DNA of 64,000 nucleotides from Octopus sinensis (GCF_006345805.1 NC_043002.1:110236001-110300000), one strand, 5' to 3'. Shown: positions 25,928 through 37,819, numbered from the stretch's first letter. A program made the numbers and translations. Notes: generated by a model not told the origin, from the sequence alone.

Positions 25928-26125
25928 GTAATGAATTCTCTTTTATGGTAAATAACCATAGATTTTGTCACTTTAGAGACACCAATTAATTCAATTAAAA
26001 AACAGTTCCAAAGCAGCTTTTGGGACAACAACAGAGAAAAGAGAAACACCAGAACACTCCTGAAAATGTTTGTATGTATATGTGAGTGTGTGTGTGTGTG
26101 TGCGTGTGTGTGTGTGTGTGTGTGT

Positions 26126-26161
<36 letters not shown>

Positions 26162-26223
26162 GTGTGTGTGTGTGTGTGTAAGTATGAGTGTAAATAAGGA
26201 GATTGATAGAAAGAAGTTATTGT

Positions 26224-26438
26224 CTCTCTTTACTCTCTTTTACTTGTTTCAGTCATTTGACTGCGGCCATGCTGGAGCACCGCCTTTAGTCGAGCAAATC
26301 GACCCTGGGACTTATTCTTTGTAAGCCCAGTACTTATTCTATCGGCCTCTTTTTGCCGAACCGCTAAGTGATGGGGACGTAAACACACCAGCATCGGTTG
26401 TCAAGCAATGCTAGGGGGACAAACACAGACACACAAAC

Positions 26439-26478
<40 letters not shown>

Positions 26479-26648
26479 ATATATACGACAGGCTTCTTTC
26501 AGTTTCCGTCTACCAAATCCACTCACAAGGCATTGGTCGGCCCGGGGCTATAGCAGAAGACACTTGCCCAAGATGCCACGCAGTGGGACTGAACCCGGAA
26601 CCATGTGGTTGGTTAGCAAGCTATTTACTACACAGCCACTCCTGCACC
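26224..26648 (-). mobile_element. tRNA-derived SINE family 1
   Basis: Full-length family match. Confidence 0.9.
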
Positions 26649-27151
26649 CAGGTCAAATTCCTTCTTTCAACATAAGATTGAGCAATGACCTTGGCTTGAC
26701 TGCTTGTAGTTAAAGGCATACACATACACACACATGCACACATACACCCCCACACACACATACATACATGCACGCATACATTGCTCCTTCTAAACTCAAT
26801 TATTTCAGTGAGGCATTGAAAACTGGTCTTATTTTATGAAACAAGTAAAGAATATTGTTCCATAATGAATTTTGAATTTAGTATAAAAAGCACTTTTTTT
26901 CTGCTTTAGAATTATTACAAACATGTTCAAGTATTTTTCATTAAATCAAACATTTTTTCTTATTTTTTTCCTATACTTTACATCATTTTGTCAAACACTT
27001 GAAATTACTATATGGGAGTGGGGCAAAATGAATAATTTCCAATTTCTTGTTATTTTTTCCCTTTCTATTTTCAACCATTACATTGCAAGTATTGCATTCC
27101 TATTTTTGTACCTTTACATCATCTGTTGGAGTAACAATTGGTCATGTAGTC

Positions 27152-27652
27152 GTTGAAGTTGAGAGAGTTTGAAACAGGTGACAAGAATTTTTTCCTCAAC
27201 TTTCACCTAATTATAATTGAGGAGCCAATAAAGTATCTGGGTAATTTTTGGTGTTTAACCACCAATATTCTTTTCTCTGTTGGATTTTACATCGATTTTT
27301 TTCTGCGCTTTTATCTGATTTGATAATTTTCAAGTTTCAGAAAAAAAAAATGTCTAAATTGGGGCAAAATAACTAATTTTAATAATTTTGATAATTTTCT
27401 TTTCTCTTTAACTGCATAGTGCATAAATATATCAGGAAGAGAGCCACTCCAGCAGCTCATGAAGAAGCTACAGAGAATATTTTATGTTGCATTTTTAGAT
27501 TTTGTCAAGTTTCATTAATTTCATATAATGGTTAAACACCAAAGATTATCCTGATATTTTAATAGCTACCGCAATTACAGTCAGGTCAAAGTTGAGGTAA
27601 AATTTCCTGAAAAACAAAATTGCTTGTTACCTTTCAAACTCTCAACTTCAAC
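27152..27652. repeat. Old foldback/MITE-like element with ~110-bp imperfect inverted arms
   Basis: gttgaagttgagagagtttgaaa...ggtgtttaacca versus tggttaaacacc...tttcaaactctcaacttcaac. Confidence 0.6.
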
Positions 27653-28591
27653 ATCACCAACTTTTACCTTATTTTATCTTATTCATTTTTACTCCACCTA
27701 AATTTGTCTCAAAGAGAACAGTGATAATTTTCTGATATAGTGTTCTGAATATGTTATAGGTTTTACTGCATTTAGAGAAGGCCTTTACTTAGCTGATATT
27801 CTTTTGGCAAGGTAGTAAAGATTTTTGAAAAATATATTTTCTTCAGAGTCAAAAATGCAGTAAATATTACTCATTGTGCTCCACTTGCCCCACTACTGGA
27901 AACTGGAAAAGCAGACTTTCAGAAAAGCTGTTTGAATTTCCCTGTTTTTGTTGAGATATTCCCTTCTTTTCTCATGCATTGCAAGACAATGAAGAAGAAT
28001 TTTAAAAGAAGAATTTTAAAAATCCTTGTCTTTTAAGTGTTGGTATCTCCACCCACCCTTCTCGAACACACGCACACACACTCATCATACCTTTGGAACA
28101 GCAACAACCACTTTTATCTCTTTTTGTAATTTTCTGTCATTTTATCACGTTCCACATGCTGAAATATTTGTAACTTGCATTAAAAGAAAAAAAATCTTAC
28201 CCCCTCTTCCCTCCTTTATTGCACTTTTCACAATGAAGGAAAAGTCAAACACTGCAAGTGGATGTGTGAAAAACAAAATTCAAATTTTGAAAAATATATC
28301 TATAAAGTAACATTTTCAGTCATTTATTTAAATTTTCTCTCATCGAATTCAATTACATGAAATAAATGGGTTTTGAGATTTAAATTTGGTAAATTTAAAT
28401 CCAGCCCTGATCATCATTCATTGTCATAAAAGGGTTCAAGATTTGAAATTATCTTCAGTTATTCAGTGGATGTTCTCTGTCTAAAGTGTACTACTTGTGA
28501 CATTGTTTACCAGTAAAAATGATTTTGCCCATGGCTGAAGGTCAAGTTTACCCTTTCACATCACTGCAGTCATGTATATAGTGTGCAGGTA

Positions 28592-28993
28592 TACTCTTTT
28601 ACTTGTTTCAGTCATTTGACTGTGGCCATGCTAGAGCACCGCCTTTAGTCGAGCAAATCGACCCTGGGATTTATTCTTTGTAAGCCCAGTACTTATTCTA
28701 TCAGTCTCTTTTGCCGAACCACTAAGTGACGGGGACGTAAACACACCAGCATCGGTTGTCAAGCAATGCTAGGGGGACAAACACAGACTCACAAACATAT
28801 ACACACACACTTATATATATATGCCTATATACGACAGGCTTCTTTTAGTTTCCATCTACCAAATCCACTCACAAGGCATTGGTCGGCCCGGGGCTATAGC
28901 AGAAGACACTTGCCCAAATGCCACGCAGTGGGACTGAACCCGGAACCATGTGGTTGGTTAGCAAGCTACTTACCACACAGCCACTCCTGCACC
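28592..28993 (-). mobile_element. tRNA-derived SINE family 1
   Basis: Full-length family match. Confidence 0.9.
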
Positions 28994-29170
28994 TATATAA
29001 GTCCATTTCCATTAGAGAGGAAGGAGTCCTTAATTTTTCTTGTGTTACTGTTTATAAGTGTAAATCATAATATTTAGACACTGAAGCATGATTGTACAAT
29101 TATTCTGTTTTCATAAATATGATGACATCAGTCAACTAAAATCATTCCCAAATTGGAAGCATACACTCAC

Positions 29171-29288
29171 CAACACAGTTTCTTTGCTACAAGCTGGTAT
29201 CCTGATTTACAGGAACATTTGTAGCTTCCAACTGAATTGAGACAGTTATGATGGCAGCCACCATTTCCTTTAGCACATTCATTTATAT
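29171..29288 (-). CDS. Calcium-binding EGF exon, type A (118 nt as assembled; 2 nt shorter than its paralogues)
   Basis: ttttccag|AT ATA AAT GAA TGT...|gtgagt encodes (D)[33 protein letters not shown]...C, matching the cbEGF consensus. Confidence 0.75.
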
Positions 29289-29417
29289 CTGGAAAATTAT
29301 CATAGGAGAGAAAATTTTATTAAAATAAAACATGCACCTATATTTACATACAAATGCATTTACTTGAATTTTGAATACATATATTATCTACTATATATAT
29401 ATATTCACACACAAATG

Positions 29418-29450
<33 letters not shown>

Positions 29451-29613
29451 TATACCGGAGTAAACAAATAAATGTGAAACAAGGTGGAAAAAAGAGTACT
29501 CAAATACCAGTGGTAGAGTAATATGCTTTATTTAAAGCAGCAGAAAATTCAACAAAACCTGTTACTCTGAGTTTCCCGTTGCCATTCATCGGACAGTTTT
29601 TGCTAGAATATAT

Positions 29614-30110
29614 ATCTCTTATTATAAAAGGCAGATTTTATCTGCCTCCCTTTGGGAGTTATACAAATCTACAATATAGGATTTCTTCAATTACAATTTA
29701 CCTAGCATTTTTAAGAGTACAATGCATCGCGTCATGCCAGGTCCAGTTTTTAAAATTTAAACTCCAATTAAGCAAAATTTACAGAAAACTCACATTCTGG
29801 TGTGTGTGTCAAATGCTTTTCTTAGTCTGGTTTACACCACACGCAAACGCACACACACAGTGGGCAACGAATAAAATGAAAGTAATTGACTTACTGTAGT
29901 GAGTGATTCTTTCACTCTGCCTCCCACTTCCTCTTTCCACACATGGACACGCAAATATATAAATAAAATTGTAAGCTAACGTGCGTGTGTGTGAGTGGGT
30001 GTGTGTGGGTGTGCGCGCGTGTGTATGTATGAGGGTGCGTGTGTGTGTGTGCGTGTGCGTGAGTGTTTGACAGGAAAGTTTTTTACGACGAATATAACAC
30101 CTATATCCAA
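29614..30110 (+). mobile_element. Probable Helitron 5' portion (different family)
   Basis: atctcttattataaaaggcag start is typical of Helitron TC-TATATAAA-like 5' ends. No 3' end found. Confidence 0.35.
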
Positions 30111-30119
30111 GTAGCAGAA

Positions 30120-30385
30120 AGATAAGACAGTAAGGTGTGATTTGAGGGAGATTTGGCTGCTATTTCTACCATGTCTAGCTGCCATGTAGGGGTCTCCCTC
30201 ATAGGCTCATACATACATATATACATAGATAAGACAGTAAGGTGTGATTTGGGGGAAATTTGGCTGCTATTTCTACCAGGTCTAGCTACCATGTAGAGGT
30301 CCCTCTCATTGGCTCATATATATATACATACATAAGACAGTAAGGTGTGATTTGAGGGAGATTTGGCTGCTGTTTCTACCAGGTC
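30120..30385. repeat. Tandem triplication of a ~106-bp unit
   Basis: ataagacagtaaggtgtgatttgagggagatttggctgc recurs at ~30122, ~30228 and ~30332. Confidence 0.85.
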
Positions 30386-30751
30386 TGTTAGGCCTTCTCA
30401 TGTAAACTCAAGCTTTCTCATGCCTTGAACATAAGACCAAAGCAGAGAATGTATTCTTTTATTCTTCTGCTTTTTCCAGCCATTGGTCTGTGGCCATGCT
30501 GGGGCAATGCCTTGAAGAATTGTAGTTTAATGAATCAACTCCACTTTTATTTTTGTAAGCATTGTACTTATTCTATCTGTTTCCTTTGTCAAACCACTAG
30601 GTGACAGGGATGTAAACAAACCAACATTCATTGTCAAGCAGTGGTGGAGGACAATCACAAGCACAGACACGCACACACACACACATACATGCATACACAT
30701 ATACACACATACATACATACATAGATATATATATATGTGTGTATATATATA

Positions 30752-31075
30752 TTGCAGCGTGGAAGGTGTTTGTAAGCCATTTAAGAAACACACAAAAACC
30801 GTTACATTCACTTCAACATTTAAATTTAATTTGCCAAAATATTTTCGTCGCTTTGAGACCGCGACCTGTTCACTGACAAAAATATCGTGCTAACAGGTCG
30901 CGGTCTCAAAGCGATGAAAATATTTTGACAAATTAAATTTAAATGTTGAAGTGAATCTAACGGTTTTTGTGTGTTTCTTAAATGGCTTATAAACACCTTC
31001 AACGCTGCAACTGTTTTCGTTCCAGCACACGATCTCAGATCAAGTCACTTGCTATGCAAGTACATCTCTGTAACT
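30752..31075. mobile_element. PLE-type repeat with inverted duplication; hammerhead motif with G3:C8 swap at 30831-30879 (minus)
   Basis: Minus strand reads ttgtca-GTGAACA-g-gtcgc-ggtctcaaa-gcgac-GAAA-atat-TT-tggcaa. Related copies at 32753-33045 and 50367-50661. Confidence 0.65.
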
Positions 31076-31174
31076 ATATATATATTTATATATATATATA
31101 TATATGTATATTGGTAAAAACAGTAAGATAACAAAAGAAAGAAAGAGACCTCAATATTATGTAAATAGAGGAAA

Positions 31175-31569
31175 TCTTTATATATAAAAGTGAGGTTGTG
31201 TGTCTGTCTCCTACGATTTAGATTCCTAACTACTCCCACATTTTGCGGTGCAGTTTAACCAAAACCGGGTATCTTATAGTCGTGATTCATATCGAGACCG
31301 TCTGGGTATTAGCGCGCGTCTACGATGAGTCTACGATTTAAAAAAAAATTTACCATCAATTTTTCCCATTTTTAATCCATTTTTGACATATATAAGGGAA
31401 GTAACTCTCTAAAATGTATTATTAAATCTCAGAACGTAAAAAGCTACAGTAACACCCCTTCCCCTTTGTGGTTAGCCATATTGAGATGGCTATTATACTT
31501 TACATCTCTAAAAATGCTTATATAATTATTTCCCTTACAAACCCGAGCAACGCCGGGCGATACTGCTAG
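31175..31569 (+). mobile_element. Non-autonomous Helitron (variant with captured retrozyme-like fragment)
   Basis: TC...hairpin-CTAG ends. 31438-31505 resembles the minus strand of the 31918-32291 element. Confidence 0.85.
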
Positions 31570-31917
31570 TATATTCTAAAGGCGGTGCTCCAGCTTAGCC
31601 GCAGTCAAATGACTGAAACAAGTAAAAGAGTAAAAAGAGTATATATATATACAAACACACGCATACTTATAAATTAATGTTGATAATGAACTCAAGTTTC
31701 ATCTAACAATTGATTAATAGACCAATAGGTGAAATTTGAAGTCTCAGTCAAATGTAATTCCAATAAATTTGACCTTACTAAAAATATTGAGTTCCATTTC
31801 AGCAAGTGCTCCATTGTTACCGTTAATATTTCTTTAAAATAACATTAAAAAATCAATGTGTGCAAACCCCCTCCCCCCATACACACACAGAATTTATCAA
31901 AAATAAACTACACTATG

Positions 31918-32291
31918 ACATTAATAAATCTCCGAACGAGATGTAAACAGTAACCGCTCGACAACGTAAAGTGTACTAGCCATCTCAATGTGGTTAGCCA
32001 CTGGGGGTGGGTGTTACTGAAGCTTTTAGCCCCAGGAGATCATCGTCTCCAGCTGGCTTTAGACACACATTCTGTGCCCTTCTGATATTCGCAAAGGGAG
32101 GTCATCCCTCTCTCGTAAACCTAAGTGAAACGTATGGACTATAGTTTCAAGGTTTTTGCCTCTCGTCAACGTACGGTAATCACCAGTTTTCGATAAAGAG
32201 AGACCTGTTTGTGAATATCTATTTAATGTTTTTCCCAGCATCCACTGTCACTGATTTAGAAAAACTGTCTGAAAGCATTTATAAATCTCCG
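31918..32291 (-). mobile_element. Retrozyme-like monomer insertion (357-nt period, terminal redundancy)
   Basis: 12-bp TSD aactacactatg (31906-31917, 32292-32303). ataaatctccgaac is repeated at 31924 and 32281. Contains a hammerhead. Confidence 0.75.
32131..32175 (-). ncRNA. Minimal type I hammerhead ribozyme (C3U variant)
   Basis: cgtacg-TTGACGA-gagg-caaaaa-cctt-GAAA-ctatag-TC-catacg, with palindromic stem III ACTATAGT. Confidence 0.6.
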
Positions 32292-32752
32292 AACTACACT
32301 ATGGGAGAACCATAATCCAACTTTATCTTCCTTCAGATCATTTGTATAGTTTTGTCAAGAGAATTACCATATAGGACTTAGAACTCGTATTTCTGGCTGT
32401 CATGTTTTATGTTACTATTTTTGGCCACCAAAGGGGCACACTACTTTCATGATTTAGTTGTTATCCACTCATTGCAAATAGTAGACAGGCAGATGAAAAT
32501 TTAACATGCCTTTCATCTTTCTCGGAGAATTTTTTCATTCAAAGAATTTTAAAATGTTTCTTAATGTTAACAGAGTCGTTAAATATTGTAAGACACTTAG
32601 GTGAGGGTTAAGTCTGCTGTGAGAGGAGTATAATGAAATGATGTGACTTTTCCACATAATTACTGATATAATGTAAGCAATTCTTCATTAGTTTGTACTT
32701 ATAGTTGGTGATAATTTGGCTTATTTTCAATATTTTATTATTAGTAACAATT

Positions 32753-33045
32753 ATTGTAGTGTGGAAGGTGTTTATAAGCCATTTAAGAAACACACAAAAA
32801 CCATTAGATTCACTTCAACATTTAAATTTGATTTGCCTAAATATTTTCGTCACTTTGAGACTACAACCAGTTCACTGACAAAATTCCATGCAGCAAATAT
32901 TTTGGCAAATTAAATTTAAATGTTGAAGTGAATCTAATGGTTTTTGTGTGTTTCTTAAATGGCTTATAGACACCTTCCATGCTGCAATTGTTTTTGTTCC
33001 ATCACACGATCTCAAATCAGGTCACTTGCTATGCAAGTACAACTC
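32753..33045. mobile_element. PLE-type repeat with inverted duplication (G3:C8 hammerhead family, decayed)
   Basis: Homologous to 30752-31075. Confidence 0.65.
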
Positions 33046-33729
33046 CATAACAATTATTGTATCTTGCAGATATACACAATTATTGGGCTCCCTAGTCTAT
33101 GGCACTTCCATCTGATACACAAATGTGTAGCGGTCTCTGATATCCTCACTGTTTGAGAGACATGGCAGGAATGATCTCGTTTGAGATTACAGCCATCTTT
33201 GGCCGAGTTGTTCCTGTTGTGACCACTGACCTGATTGGTTGACATGTGGCGCAATTTGTCTCTACTTATTCTGCGCCACTGGCCAAAGCCAACCAATCAC
33301 GGCCTGTATTAGATGTAGGATAGTTTTTTGGTACATTTAAAGATAAAACAACACATCTTATATGTCAGCAAATATAGTACACACATGCATACACACATGC
33401 ATGCACACACACTCACACGTGTGTGTGAGTGTGTGTATCTGGATGGAGTGTGTGGAAGAGCAAGATCCAGGAAGATGTGGAATGAAGTGGTGACAGGTGA
33501 TCTCAGGGCCTTGAACTTGGAGAAAATGACAGTATATGGCTCTCCAGAAGACCCACCTACCTTGGTGAAACTGAGATTCTGGAAACACAGTGATTATATG
33601 TATGCACAACTTACTCCATGCCATTCTCACCTTAAGACATTCCTACCACTCATCATATCTCTAAATGAAAATCTTCTACTGTTATATCAAATATGAACAG
33701 AACTGCTTACTCCATCAACCTTTCCTTGA

Positions 33730-34112
33730 TGGAAGCACTCCGTCGGTTACGACGACGAGGGTTCCGGTTGATCCGATCAACGGAACAGCCTGCTTGTGAA
33801 ATTAATGTGTAAGTGGCTGAGCACTCCACAGGCACGTGTACCCTTAAAGTAGTTCTCGGGGATATTCAGCGTGACACAGAGAGTGACAAGGCCAGCCCTT
33901 TGAAATACAGGTGCAACAGAAACATGAAGTAAGAGTGAGAGAAAGTTGTGGTGAAAGAGTACAGCAGGGATCACCACCATCCCTGCCGGAGCCTCGTGGA
34001 GCTTTTAGGTGTTTTAGCTCAATAAACACTCACAACGCCCGGTCTGGGAATGGAAACCGCGATCCTACGACCGCGAGTCCGCTGCCCTAACCACTAGGCC
34101 ATTGCACCTCCA
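33730..34112 (-). mobile_element. tRNA-derived SINE family 2
   Basis: Full-length family match. Flanking cctttccttgat is duplicated (TSD-like). Confidence 0.9.
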
Positions 34113-34829
34113 CCTTTCCTTGATACCTCTTATCTTTCTCACTATCTGGAACCATTTCTTTTGATATCCATCTTTCATTCATAATACTCTCCTTTACATC
34201 CACATTTTACATCCATTACCCTCCTGAGCTCTCCTCCACCACCATCCACTCCTTCTCCCTATTTGCTATGTTTGTCCCTCACTCTTACAACCTGTCCAAC
34301 CACATTCCACCTAGCTATCTAGCTCTCTCACCCTTTCTCCTTCTCTCTGTTTCTTCCCATGTAGTGTATTACTGCTGCTACTACTACTACTACTACTACT
34401 ACTACTATTGCAACTCTGCTGCCCTTTATCCCCTTCTCTGTTACTTGTCCCCTCTCTCCTACTTCCTTCCTAACTCATGTATGACCCCTCAACCCCTCAA
34501 CCCCTCAACACTTATTCTTCATAATTTCACTCTCTCCCTCTACACTTCATAACTAATTTTATTTCTCTCCGGGTTTCATCCCAGTTACTGTGAGTAACTC
34601 CCTACAGCAAGAAACCTATTCTGTTCTGGGCCCTTCTCTTTCACTTTAATTTTTCATCTCCTTCTTAACTCTAACCCCTCTCATTTGAAGGGGGTCTTAG
34701 TTTTGCAGGCTTCATGGGGACCTTATTAATGCTGGTGCCATGAAAAAGTACCCAGTACATGCTGTAATGTGGTTGGCATGAGGAAAGGCATCCAGCTATA
34801 GAATTCATGCCAAAGAAGATATTGGAGTA

Positions 34830-35392
34830 TGTGTCGGTGGCATAAAAAAAACACCATCCGAGCGTGGCTGTTCGCCAGCCTCGTCTGGCACCTGTGTCGG
34901 TGGCACATAAAAAACACCATCCGAGCTTGGCCGTTCGCCAGCCTCGTCTGGCATCTGTGTCGGTGGCACATAAAAAACACCATCCGAGCGTGGCCGTTCG
35001 CCAGCCTCGTCTGGCACCTGTGTCGGTGGCACATAAAAAACACCATCCGAGCGTGGCTGTTCGCCAGCCCCGTCTGGCACCTGTGTCGGTGGCACAAAAA
35101 AAACACCATCCGAGCGTGGCCGTTCGCCAGCCTCGTCTGGCACCTGTGTCGGTGTCACATAAAAAACACCATCCGAGCGTGGCCGTTCGCCAGCCTCGTC
35201 TGGCACCTGTGTCGGTGGCACATAAAAAGCACCCACTACACTCACGGAGTGGTTGGCATTAGGAAGGGCATCCAGCTGTAGAAACACTGCCAGATCTGAC
35301 TGGCCTGGTGCAGCCTTCGGGCTTCCCAGACCCCAGTTGAACCGTCCAACCATGCTAGCATGGAAAGCGGACGTTAAATGATGATGATGATG
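34830..35392 (+). mobile_element. RTE LINE 3' UTR fragment with an expanded ~63-bp tandem array (about 6.3 units) and (GAT)n tail
   Basis: Unit tgtgtcggtggcacataaaaaacaccatccgagcgtggccgttcgccagcctcgtctggcacc is repeated from 34830 to 35230. Confidence 0.85.
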
Positions 35393-35654
35393 CAGTCTTT
35401 GGACAAGTTGGAACCTGTCAAACTATCCAGCCTATGCCAACTCTGTACTGCAATAAATATGACCTTAACAGGTTGATGCTTGGCAGATGGTTCCAGTGAG
35501 TATCTGCTCAATGCATATGACAATAATTCCACTTTTTCTAAATCCATGTATCACCAATTCAACATCCCATACTAATGTTAATCACTAACAATAAATTTTA
35601 TAACTTATTCAAAATCCACTAACAAACTTTGATTTAATTAACTGAACAATATTT

Positions 35655-36049
35655 ACCCTTTTACTCTTTTACGTATTTCAGTCATTTGACTGCGGCCATG
35701 CTGGAGCACCGCCTTTAGTCGAGCAAATCGACCCCGGGACTTATTCTTTGTAAGCCTAGTACTTATTCTATCGGTCTCTTTTGCCGAACCGCTAAGTAAC
35801 GGGGACGTAAACACACCAGCATCAGTTGTCAAGCAATGCTAGGGGGACAAACACATACACACACATATGTATATATACATATATACGACAGGCTTCTTTC
35901 AGTTTCTGTCTACCAAATCCACTCACAAGGCATTGGTCGGCTTGGGGCTATAGCAGAAGACACTTGCCCAAGATGCCACGCAGTGGGACTGAACCCGGAA
36001 CCATGTGGTTGGTTAGCAAGCTACTTACCACACAGCCACTCCTGCGCCT
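35655..36049 (-). mobile_element. tRNA-derived SINE family 1
   Basis: Full-length family match. Confidence 0.9.
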
Positions 36050-36445
36050 ATTTGTGAATTTAATCTAAACGAATCAGCTGTTCCAGGTTGTATAGTGATA
36101 TAGAGATATAAAAACTGCTTTACTATAGTTACATTAATTAACTGCATTGATTAATGAGATTCAATGATATCAACTTCCATAGATTGATAGTAATTTAGTA
36201 ACTGCTATTGATAGCAAGAACATTTATTAACAGCATCACTGTTTAGTAAATTATCATTGTGGTTGAGGAATAAAATGAACCACTCTACATTAACTTGATA
36301 TAACGACTGTACTTCTAGCTATTCTGTAACCTTTTAAGTAACACATTCACTTTCATCTTTAGTAATCTAATTAAGTCCCAGGATGCAGTTGCACTTTAAG
36401 AAGCCCAGATTTAGACAAACAAGGCCAGCATAGTATAAAATACAT

Positions 36446-36829
36446 GGATGGAAGCACTCTATCGGTTACGACGACGAGGGTTCTGGTTGATCCGATCAAC
36501 GGAACAGCCTGCTCGTGAAATTAACGTGTAAGTGGCTGAGCACTCCACAGACACGTGTACCCTTAACGTAATTCTCGGGGATATTCAGTGTGACACAGAG
36601 AGTGACAAAGCCGGCCCTTTGAAATACAGGTACAACAGAAACAGGAAGTAAGAGTGAGAGAAAGTTGTGGTGAAAGAGTACAGCAGGGATCACCACCATC
36701 CCTGCCGGAGCCTCGTGGAGGTTTAGGTGTTTTCGCTCAATAAACACTCACAACGCCCGGTCTGGGAATCGAAACCATGATCCTACCACCACGAGTCCGC
36801 TGCCCTAACCACTGGGCCATTGCGCCTCC
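36446..36829 (-). mobile_element. tRNA-derived SINE family 2
   Basis: Full-length family match with TSD-like ataaaatacat on both sides. Confidence 0.9.
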
Positions 36830-36905
36830 ATAAAATACATATACTTTTATTAATGAGATGATTCAATATAAACAAAAGGTAAGTGAAAATGATGGATTAT
36901 ATATA

Positions 36906-37139
36906 TATTTCTTTACTACCCACAAGGGGCTAAACACAGAGGGAACAAACAAGGACAGACAAAGGGATTAAGTCGATTACATCGATCCCAGTGCGTAACT
37001 GGTACTTAATTTATCGGCCCCGAAAGGATGAAAGGCAAAGTCGACCTCGGCGGAATTTGAACTCGGAATGCAACGACAGACGAAATACGGCTACGAATTT
37101 CACCCGGCGTGCTAACGTTTCTGCCAGCTCGCCGCCTTC
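36906..37139 (-). mobile_element. tRNA-derived SINE family 3 (Meta-domain-like core)
   Basis: Minus strand has gcctttcatcctttcggggccgataaattaagtaccag. 17-bp TSD atgatggattatatata (36889-36905, 37140-37156). Confidence 0.85.
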
Positions 37140-37162
37140 ATGATGGATTATATATAACTTAC

Positions 37163-37282
37163 CTACATACTTTTTACCATTGTTAAGTTTATAGCCAAGT
37201 CTACACTGACATTGGTAGCTTCCTTGAGTGTTTTTACAAATGTGTTGACATCCTCCATTTGATTTGTAGCATTCATTGATAT
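37163..37282 (-). CDS. Calcium-binding EGF exon, type B (120 nt, phase 1-1; sixth Cys replaced by Tyr)
   Basis: ttctag|AT ATC AAT GAA TGC...TAT GTA G|gtaagt encodes (D)[39 protein letters not shown]. Confidence 0.85.
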   Translation of the reverse strand: MSMNATNQMEDVNTFVKTLKEATNVSVDLAINLTMVKSM

Positions 37283-37458
37283 CTAGAATAGGACATAATG
37301 CTGAATAAATAAGCTGATATTGCTATGCACGTATACATGTGTACAATGAGAAACACAGAATATAGTTACAGACAGAAGCTTTTTGGTCACAATAAATACA
37401 TAAACTTTACTCTAACTATTTAGCACTATTTCAATCATGTTTGTTTGCCTAAAAGTTT

Positions 37459-37502
<44 letters not shown>

Positions 37503-37602
37503 GACAAGAAAAATTATATGGTCAGAGGAAATGCTTTATGCACAGTAGAAAAAAGTCCATGGGGAGTAGTGAGAAATCTGCAGTTACTCCTTCCAAACAA
37601 TA

Positions 37603-37819
37603 TACTCTTTACTTGTTTCAGTCATTTGACTGCGGCCATGCTGGAGCACCACCTTTAATCGAGCACTCGACCTCGGGACTTATTCTTTTGTAAGCCCAGT
37701 ACTTATTCTATCAGTCTCTTTTTGCCGAACCACTAAGTAACGGGGACGTAAACACACCAGCATCGGTTGTCAAGCAATGCTAGGGGGACAAACACAGACA
37801 CACAAACATACACACGCAC

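Noticed and set aside
34830-35230. CRISPR-like regular repeat array (also 4725-4920)
   Set aside because: Units are contiguous with no unique spacers, lie in a LINE 3' UTR, and there are no cas genes. The DNA is eukaryotic.
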